A program made the translations under genes and the position numbers. DNA of 33,146 nucleotides from Verrucomicrobiaceae bacterium (GTDB lineage: Bacteria; Verrucomicrobiota; Verrucomicrobiia; Verrucomicrobiales; Akkermansiaceae): positions 1 through 33,146 of the forward strand of contig JBPOGH010000028.1 in the NCBI GenBank assembly GCA_051252135.1, read 5' to 3'. Of the stretch, positions 26,315 through 33,146 are shown in pieces; within the stretch, counting starts at the first letter, position 1; each line of letters starts with the position of its first letter. The notes beneath the pieces were generated by a model. It was not told the DNA's origin. It worked only from the letters and a program-made list of their open reading frames with translations, and did no database searches.

Positions 26315-27089
26315 ACTGCTCGCCATCCTCCTGATCACCCTTCCCGCCGTCGGCCAGACCAACTGGCTCGCCGCACCCCATCTGGAGACCAAACCGGTCA
26401 ACCAACGCTACACCAACGGCATCGCCTGCGGCCCCGCCTGCCTCCTCGACGCCTTCCAGTGCGGTTCCGAAAAATGGCGTCATTCCGCTTCCTTCATCGA
26501 AGGAAAGAGCGACCTCGAGCGCCTCACTTTCCTCATCAAGACCTACGCCGGCCGCCCCTCCACCCAATTCCCGGGTCAATCCCGATGGAACCCAAAAGGC
26601 GGCGTCAATGCCGTCGATCTCGCCGCCATCGCCAACGAGATGCGCAAAAAATCTTGGATGGGCACCGTCAAACAATCCCTCTTCTTCAAACCGGAAAAAC
26701 AAAGCTCCGCCAAGCTGCTCCACAACACCCACCGCCAGCTTCACCGCTCCCTCTCCAAAGGGCTCCCCCCCATCCTCAGCATCCGCCGACACGCCTACCG
26801 CACCCCAAAAGGCGGCAAGGTCCGCAGCTGGCTCACCGTCAAACGCCACTACGTCACCCTCACCGGACTCCCCGACAAACTCCCCCCAAACGCCACCTCT
26901 TTCCCCATCACCTACCGCGACCCCTGGGGCGGGCAATCCCTCACCGGCACCGTAAAAATCGCCGACTCCTCCACCCAACCCCTCGCCACCCTCATCCTCG
27001 ACCTCCCCAAGTTTAAGGTCGGCCGCGAACTCATCCGCCGGGGCGAAAAAACCACCCTCTCGCTCCCCTCCGCCATCGGCCTGTTCTAG
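26304..27089 (+). CDS. Exported C39-like (papain-fold) cysteine peptidase
   Basis: Signal peptide; NQ..CGPACL, RHYVTL and YRDPW in Q-C-H-D order; 11-nt overlap with the S8 gene. Confidence 0.7.
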   Translation: MVLRLLAILLITLPAVGQTNWLAAPHLETKPVNQRYTNGIACGPACLLDAFQCGSEKWRHSASFIEGKSDLERLTFLIKTYAGRPSTQFPGQSRWNPKGGVNAVDLAAIANEMRKKSWMGTVKQSLFFKPEKQSSAKLLHNTHRQLHRSLSKGLPPILSIRRHAYRTPKGGKVRSWLTVKRHYVTLTGLPDKLPPNATSFPITYRDPWGGQSLTGTVKIADSSTQPLATLILDLPKFKVGRELIRRGEKTTLSLPSAIGLF

Positions 27090-27107
27090 ATACCGAGGAG
27101 CGCTCCT

Positions 27108-28715
27108 TCAATCTGCCGATAACGATAAAGTCCCTGTTGAGGAATTGATCAGCGCCCCGGAATCATACTCCGCAAACGTGTAAGGCACTGTCGAAGTCCC
27201 GTTAAAGCTCAGGACAATCTCTTCCCGATAAAAAGCGGGATTATTGGCCTCATCATCATACGTCAACAGAACGCTGACTCGATTCTCATCCAGGTAAGTA
27301 AACGACCAGTTTCCCGGCTCCGAATTATTCCAGATCCATCGGGTAAATGACGTAAACCGATACTGGCCTCCGAAAAAAGCCTTCCCCGCAAAGAGCTCCT
27401 CGATCGTAAATTCCTCGGGAGCATAGGAGTTTTTAGTCAGGTCATAGATTTCTATTCGTGAGTCCTCAGCCTCATCATCCTCATAGAATATCCCCAGCGC
27501 CGGGACCGTCGTCAGATCTCCATCATCACCAAAGTCCAAAGTGAACTCGTCACGCTCAACCGAGCCGTCATTTCCGGTATCATCAGTGGTGAGAGTAAGC
27601 AGAGCCTCATTTCCAGACTGTTGTGCGTAGCTCCAATTTCCCGTAATCCCAAAACTCTCCCATCGATTGTTAGCCGTAAAATTCACCCCTTTAATCGTCT
27701 TACCATCGACCTGGGATGCGAAGGCACTCCCATCGAGGGAATTTCCGACCCCCGGCCGGCTCGCAACCCAGAAGAAAGCCATCGCATCCGGGCTCCCGGA
27801 ATCATCAAACGAAATCGTCCCCCTCGCTCCATTACCCACCAATTTCTCCAACTCGTTTTGCTCAATAAAATCCACCGATCGGATCAAAAAATAATCCACT
27901 CCTACTTCTGTCTCAAACTCGAAGCGTCCTTGCTTGCTCCCTGTCTTGATAAACGATGACAAAAGAGTAACGGGCTCAACTCTCAAAGTCACACTACAGG
28001 AAGTGGAAGCCAACGAAAATGCCGACGCCCCCAGAAATGGGGAGCTGCCAACAACCTGGTCGAACTCGGTTTCAAGAATATACTCCCTACCCGGCGCAAA
28101 TGTATTGCCCGGAAAGGTGTGATTGATCTGCGATCCCGATTCTCCCGAAAAACCAATCTGCGCCACCTCTTCATCCTGCCTCTTGCCATACACATCCAAG
28201 GTCACAAATCCGTTTCCTGTCGAAACCGTGGATTGCACCGTCAGCGCCCCTTGCGCCTCCAACGCCGTCAGAACGTAAACCCCGTTTTCCCATCGACCTG
28301 TATCAAACGAAAGTACAGGACCGGGAAATGGCATATTGGTCGTGAGCTCCAGTGAAGCGGACTCACCTCCCGCAGACAGCGTATAACTCCCATTGGGAAA
28401 GTCGGTCGCCGCAAAATTACTACTATCAACCCGCTCGGACCTTAGCTCCCACCTCCCGCCATCCTCGGCAAAAGGAATCGACACCGTCCCCTTCGGCCCT
28501 GTGAGTGAAGCACTGGAAATCGGTGCAGCCGAAGTGAGGTCTTCTCCCTCAATAAAGACACTTGCGTAGAAGCCATCAAACTTAGTGATCGCCGCTCCTG
28601 TTTGCACCTCTGTCCGATGTCTCGTGATCCCACTGACATTGACCACCTGGCCAAACAACGGAACCGGGCTAATTAAAAATACAGGGACAAATTTCAGGGC
28701 ATACCACTTCCTCAT
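27108..28715 (-). CDS. Secreted multidomain beta-rich hypothetical protein with two C-terminal repeats
   Basis: 535-aa ORF, N-terminal signal, Ser/Thr/Gly-rich, duplicated RW..GNWS[YF]..L.LT.DD..N....R.E..L.F. Confidence 0.8.
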   Translation of the reverse strand: MRKWYALKFVPVFLISPVPLFGQVVNVSGITRHRTEVQTGAAITKFDGFYASVFIEGEDLTSAAPISSASLTGPKGTVSIPFAEDGGRWELRSERVDSSNFAATDFPNGSYTLSAGGESASLELTTNMPFPGPVLSFDTGRWENGVYVLTALEAQGALTVQSTVSTGNGFVTLDVYGKRQDEEVAQIGFSGESGSQINHTFPGNTFAPGREYILETEFDQVVGSSPFLGASAFSLASTSCSVTLRVEPVTLLSSFIKTGSKQGRFEFETEVGVDYFLIRSVDFIEQNELEKLVGNGARGTISFDDSGSPDAMAFFWVASRPGVGNSLDGSAFASQVDGKTIKGVNFTANNRWESFGITGNWSYAQQSGNEALLTLTTDDTGNDGSVERDEFTLDFGDDGDLTTVPALGIFYEDDEAEDSRIEIYDLTKNSYAPEEFTIEELFAGKAFFGGQYRFTSFTRWIWNNSEPGNWSFTYLDENRVSVLLTYDDEANNPAFYREEIVLSFNGTSTVPYTFAEYDSGALINSSTGTLSLSAD

Positions 28716-28930
28716 CTTAATTCCATCTCAACTCTTCAAATCGAAACATCAAGGTTCTTCACCTGTCAAAAACAGTCTCTCACTCACAGCCCCTCCTATT
28801 CAGAAACTTGTGTCGAACCGGCATCCCCCCAAATATCGCAGACATTTTCCCATATCCCCCCCATTCTTGCCGATTAGGCTCCAATTCAAGTCCCAACGAT
28901 CTGATCTAAATCACCAGCTTCTTTCGCATA

Positions 28931-29830
28931 TCACACCGCAAATTTCACCGCATCCCACATCATTCCCTTCACTTCCGCGCGACTCACCTTCACCCGCGCC
29001 ACCCACTCCTCCCAACTCGCACCCTCCAGACGATTCAAGGTCTCTCGCCCGATCAAGGCCGGTAGAATCGTCGCAAAGCGCATCCGCTTCCCGTAAAGCG
29101 CTTCCGCATAGCGCTGCGCATCATCCAGCCCCTCGTGCGCCTCCGCGATCCAGCGCCCGCGCTCCCGTATCAGCACTTCCGGTGACACCTCCTCCGCCCC
29201 CGGCAAATAACACCGCCCATTCTCCAAATCCTCCGGCACATCCCTCAAAATATTAATCAACTGCAAGGCCCTTCCATAACTCCGCCCCCACTCATCCATC
29301 TGCTCCCTGCTCTCACCCGCAAACTCCCCCAACCCAAACCCCAGTTCCGTCCAAAACTCCCCCACACATCCCGCCACCTGATAAGTATACTTCCGCAGTT
29401 CCTCATCCTCCTCCAGCCGCACCACCCCGTCCCGCTTAAAGCGCACCAGATCCCAATCCTGCCCCTCCGTAATGATCCCCACCACCCGACGAATCGCCGC
29501 CTGCTGCCACTCCGGCAAACTCGCCAACGCATCCAAACAATCATTCGTCCTCTTCAACAAAACCTCCTCCCCCTCAGTCACTCCCTTCAAGCCATCCAAC
29601 CCCAAAATCCAATCCCGCTCCCCCGAATAAAGCGCATCCACAAAGCGCTCCAGCAACTCCCGCCTCCTCGCCAGAACCTCATCCCCCGCGTCCGCAATCG
29701 TATCACTCAACCTCGCCAACAAATACCCCAGCCCCGCCGGCTCCCGAAAACCCGCCGGCAAAAAGCGCAAACTCAAGTAGAACGAACGCGATACGTCCTT
29801 CAACACCCTCGTCGTCAATCCCGATTGCAT
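28931..29830 (-). CDS. Squalene/phytoene synthase family protein
   Basis: Start MQSGLTT; VSRSFYLS, RLSDTIAD, YTYQVAGCVGEFW, LQLINILRDVPED..GRCYLP. Confidence 0.92.
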   Translation of the reverse strand: MQSGLTTRVLKDVSRSFYLSLRFLPAGFREPAGLGYLLARLSDTIADAGDEVLARRRELLERFVDALYSGERDWILGLDGLKGVTEGEEVLLKRTNDCLDALASLPEWQQAAIRRVVGIITEGQDWDLVRFKRDGVVRLEEDEELRKYTYQVAGCVGEFWTELGFGLGEFAGESREQMDEWGRSYGRALQLINILRDVPEDLENGRCYLPGAEEVSPEVLIRERGRWIAEAHEGLDDAQRYAEALYGKRMRFATILPALIGRETLNRLEGASWEEWVARVKVSRAEVKGMMWDAVKFAV

Positions 29831-29990
29831 AACCACCCCCGTTCTTCCCCCAAAATCCCCCCAATCACAAATCCTAATCCCTAAAACCCACTCCCGGGCT
29901 CTCCCACAAAACCACCTCAAACGCGCAATGAATCTCGGATTTTATTTTCTTACTTTCCGCTCACTCAACGAACATCATCACCCCCTCTCC

Positions 29991-30713
29991 ATGAACAATC
30001 TCCCGGCACTCCTTGGCCTCATTAGCTTCCCACTCACGCTCAACGCTGCGACATCATCTTTTTCTGATAGCGAGTTTGCCACACCTTGGGCCTTCACCAC
30101 CCCCACCAATGGAACGATTGGAAGTCCGGGAGCTGGCGGCGGCGGGAGCGCTAGCTTCACCGTAGCGGCAAGCGGCGGAAGCCCGGGTCCATATGCCCAA
30201 CTCCGCCTCGATATCGGCTCGAACAACCGGATCGTGGAAGCATTTTTTGCCGCTCCCGGTGCCACCCACAACCCTTCCACCCAGGGTGCAATTTCCACCA
30301 TCGACTTTTCCTTCGACAGAAGACGCGGCTCCTCAAGCAGCAGCGGCAACGCACAAGCCTACGGCCCTGCCCTCCAGCAAGGAGGAATCTCCTACTACTT
30401 CTATCATGCCGACAGCGACACGACATGGCAAACAGTCGCAGACAACGGACTTTCCGAGGACGACTTTTTTCCCTACTCCGGTCATGGCCTAACCGGTTCC
30501 GACCCAAACTACCGCCCCGACTTTTCAGCTGGCGGATCGGCGATTCAGCTTGGCTACTACCGGGGCAATTCTACCGTCGGAGGAAGTGCCTTTGTCATCG
30601 GTGACCTGGATAATTGGTCGGCCACGGTGCATCACACCGGAATCCCCGAACCCTCATCCCTCATCCTCCTCGGCGCCGGACTTCTACCACTGATCCGCCG
30701 AAAGAGGTCCTAA
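29991..30713 (+). CDS. PEP-CTERM sorting-domain protein
   Basis: Signal MNNLPALL..LNA; C-terminal IPEPSSLILLGAGLLPLIRRKRS. Confidence 0.93.
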   Translation: MNNLPALLGLISFPLTLNAATSSFSDSEFATPWAFTTPTNGTIGSPGAGGGGSASFTVAASGGSPGPYAQLRLDIGSNNRIVEAFFAAPGATHNPSTQGAISTIDFSFDRRRGSSSSSGNAQAYGPALQQGGISYYFYHADSDTTWQTVADNGLSEDDFFPYSGHGLTGSDPNYRPDFSAGGSAIQLGYYRGNSTVGGSAFVIGDLDNWSATVHHTGIPEPSSLILLGAGLLPLIRRKRS

Positions 30714-30723
30714 ATCACAGATT

Positions 30724-31494
30724 CTAATCCCTTCTTCCCCGATCCTTCGGAGGCTCCGGAGCGGGCGCCGCCGCCATCTGGTGAAAGGTCGCCGGCACCG
30801 GCGCTTCAAAATCCATCATCTTCCCCGAATACGGATGGGGCAGCGACAACTTGAACGAATGCAAAGCCAGGCGCTTGTTGTTCCGAATCTTCCTCCCGTA
30901 TTTCCCATCCCCCACAATCGGCCAGCCCTTGTCAGCCAAATGAACGCGAATCTGGTTCTTCCGGCCCGTCAACAGCCGAATCTCCATCAAACTCCGCTCC
31001 CCCACCGTCTTGATCACCTTGTATTCCGTGTGCGACAGCCGCCCTTCCTTCGGGTCCCTCGTTGAATAAACCCTGCGACTCTCACTCTCGGTCAGGTAAC
31101 TCGAAATCGTCCCCTCCGCCGGATCCGGATGCCCCTCCACAAAAGCCAAATAGGTCTTCTTCGCATCCTTCCAGTTCTCCTGCATCGTCAGCTTCGCCTC
31201 CTCCGTCTTCGCAAAAACCAACACCCCCGACGTGTCCCGATCCAACCGGTGCACCACAAAGATCCGCGCGTGCGATTTGTAATTCCCCTTCTTCACATAA
31301 TCATCCAGCGCCGCATGCGCCGTCCGTCCGCCATCACGACCCGTCCCGATCGTTAACAGACCCGCCGCTTTGTTGACCACGATGATGTCACGATCCTCGT
31401 GCAAAATATCCAGCCCCATCGGCTGGTGCTTCTTGCGTCTCGGTTTTTTATCCTTCCCTGCCACGGCCTCCAGTCTCACCTCCCCGCGCCCCAA
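30724..31494 (-). CDS. RluA-family RNA pseudouridine synthase
   Basis: VVNKAAGL, catalytic VHRLDRDTSG, TGRKNQIRVH, PIVGDGKYG, LALH; start uncertain. Confidence 0.94.
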   Translation of the reverse strand: MGRGEVRLEAVAGKDKKPRRKKHQPMGLDILHEDRDIIVVNKAAGLLTIGTGRDGGRTAHAALDDYVKKGNYKSHARIFVVHRLDRDTSGVLVFAKTEEAKLTMQENWKDAKKTYLAFVEGHPDPAEGTISSYLTESESRRVYSTRDPKEGRLSHTEYKVIKTVGERSLMEIRLLTGRKNQIRVHLADKGWPIVGDGKYGRKIRNNKRLALHSFKLSLPHPYSGKMMDFEAPVPATFHQMAAAPAPEPPKDRGRRD

Positions 31495-31511
31495 TCACAA
31501 GCCAAGCTTCA

Positions 31512-32918
31512 TCAGCTCATCAACCAGCAATAAAGCGCGATCACCACCACCCCCATGAAATTCAGCACAACCCCCTCCCGCATCATCCTCGGAACCGTCA
31601 AATAACCGGTCCCAAAGACCACCGCATTCGGAGCCGTCGCCACCGGCAACATAAACGCACAACTCGCACTCAGCGCCGCCGGCAACATCACCACCAGCGG
31701 ATCAAGATCGTTCATCAAGGCCACCGCCGCCAGAATCGGCATGATCAAAATCGTGCTCGCCGTATTGCTCGTCAACTCGGTCAAAAAAGTCATCAGCAGG
31801 CACACCGTCAGCACCAACGCCAGCACCGGCAATGTCCCTACCCCCGAAAGCACATTCGCAATCTGCCCACTCAACCCCGAATCCTTGATCCCCGCCGCCA
31901 AACAAATCCCTCCCGCAAATAGAAGCAACACCCCCCACGGAATCGTCCGGCACGTCTCCCAATCCAGCAACCTCCCCCGCTCCCCCGACTCACCCGTCCC
32001 GTCCGGAATCAGGAAAAGAAACAACACCCCCACAAACGCCACCGACGCATCATTCGCCTCCGGCACCCCCAGCATCTCACTCCACCCGCCAAACGGCTCC
32101 GCCCGCGTCACCCAGGCCAGGGCCGTCAGTCCAAACACCACCAACATCCGTCGCTCCGCCGGACGCCATCCACCCACCTTCGGCAAATTCAAATCCATCG
32201 CCCCGCTCTGCCCCCGACTCAGCCACAGCCACATCAGCGGCAACATGATCAGAATCACCGGCACCCCAAACATCATCCACTCCACAAAAGTCATCACCTT
32301 TCCCGTCGCCTTCCCATACTGCTCGATAAACACCAGATTCGGAGGCGTCCCCACCGGCGTCCCAAGCCCCCCGATGTTCGCCGCATAAGCAATCGCCATC
32401 ATCATCGGCGCCGCCAGCGGATTCACCCCACCCCGCTCACCACGGTCCAGCACCGCCAGCGCAATCGGGAGCAACATCAGCGTCGTCGCCGTGTTCGAAA
32501 TCCACATGCTCAACGCCGCCGATGCCACCATAAACCCCAGCATCAACAGCCGCGGACTCCCGCTCTCCCCCCCGCAAATCCTCACCATCCCCAGCGCCAA
32601 CCTCCGGTGCACCCCGCTCTTCTCCATCCCCTTCGAAAGAAAAAACCCACCCATCAAAAGCAAAATCAGCGGGTGCCCGTAACTCTGCGCCACCGTCGTC
32701 TTCGCCGGAAGCACCCCCAACAAAGGCAACAACGCAATCGGCACCAGCGACGCCACCGGGATCGGCACCGCCTCAAACATCCACCAAAGCGCGGTAAGAA
32801 CCGTGATCCCCAGAGCCACCGCCGCATCCCTCGGCATCCCGCACTCCAACGCAATCCACCCCACTCCCAGCCCCAACAAAGGACCCAACCAGCGCATCGC
32901 ATTCTTCACCTCTCCCAT
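31512..32918 (-). CDS. SLC13/DASS sodium:sulfate/dicarboxylate symporter
   Basis: SMWISNTATT, GTPVGTPPN, TELTSNTAS, AFMLPVATAPNA; many TMs. Confidence 0.94.
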   Translation of the reverse strand: MGEVKNAMRWLGPLLGLGVGWIALECGMPRDAAVALGITVLTALWWMFEAVPIPVASLVPIALLPLLGVLPAKTTVAQSYGHPLILLLMGGFFLSKGMEKSGVHRRLALGMVRICGGESGSPRLLMLGFMVASAALSMWISNTATTLMLLPIALAVLDRGERGGVNPLAAPMMMAIAYAANIGGLGTPVGTPPNLVFIEQYGKATGKVMTFVEWMMFGVPVILIMLPLMWLWLSRGQSGAMDLNLPKVGGWRPAERRMLVVFGLTALAWVTRAEPFGGWSEMLGVPEANDASVAFVGVLFLFLIPDGTGESGERGRLLDWETCRTIPWGVLLLFAGGICLAAGIKDSGLSGQIANVLSGVGTLPVLALVLTVCLLMTFLTELTSNTASTILIMPILAAVALMNDLDPLVVMLPAALSASCAFMLPVATAPNAVVFGTGYLTVPRMMREGVVLNFMGVVVIALYCWLMS

Positions 32919-32976
32919 ATCTCCCCAGCCTACGAAATCCACCGCACCAGTCACCTCAAAATCTCACGGCATTGAT

Positions 32977-33005
32977 TTGACGCCCCGCCCATTCTCCCCC
33001 ACCTT
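32977..33005 (+). promoter_or_regulatory. Putative sigma70 promoter of tRNA-Sec
   Basis: TTGACG-N17-CACCTT, 6 nt before the tRNA 5' end. Confidence 0.4.
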
Positions 33006-33011
33006 GCTCGC

Positions 33012-33104
33012 GGAGAGTGCTGTGTGCCTGGTGGTCGCCGCGGTTTTCAAAACCGTTGAGGCCTGTTTAGGGTCTGGTGGGTTCGATTCCTTCCCTCTCC
33101 GCCA
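33012..33104 (+). tRNA. selC: tRNA-Sec(UCA) with a non-canonical 12-bp acceptor+T stem
   Basis: 93 nt; anticodon stem GCGGT/ACCGT with loop TTTCAAA (TCA at 33047-33049); 4-nt TGGT D-loop; long variable arm; TTCGATT T-loop; G73-CCA. Confidence 0.9.
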
Positions 33105-33146
33105 AAGCCCCCCCGGTCAGCTTGCCTGACCGGGGGGGCTTTGGCG
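33100..33146. repeat. Perfect 21-bp inverted repeat (terminator-like) overlapping the tRNA 3' end
   Basis: CGCCAAAGCCCCCCCGGTCAG-CTTGC-CTGACCGGGGGGGCTTTGGCG; the window ends here. Confidence 0.85.

Overview
33 kb of mostly core chromosome from a Verrucomicrobiales-type (PVC) bacterium. The taxon is inferred from a PEP-CTERM protein, a PVC-style prepilin and a verrucomicrobial-type secreted protein. The window holds about 30 CDS, including an OmpR/CpxAR-like two-component pair divergent from a secreted animal-type heme peroxidase, fabH, a POT peptide transporter, tatD, cls, trxB, ftsH, a GT4/HAD pair, S8 and C39-like proteases, a squalene/phytoene synthase, an RluA-family enzyme and a DASS permease. 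It also holds tRNA-His and a non-canonical tRNA-Sec, several intrinsic terminators and promoters. No integrase, transposase or CRISPR array is visible. The most interesting items are: (1) an orphan BlaI-family winged-helix domain fused to a ~146-aa histone-H1-like tail, a candidate new nucleoid protein; (2) a POT transporter with a ~175-aa insertion carrying GspG-pseudopilin-like motifs; (3) a tRNA-Sec with a 12-bp acceptor+T stem whose CCA end lies inside a perfect 21-bp inverted repeat; (4) two phased OmpR-type boxes linking the two-component system to the peroxidase; (5) several enzymes with degenerate catalytic motifs. All calls are from motif reading only; no database searches were run.
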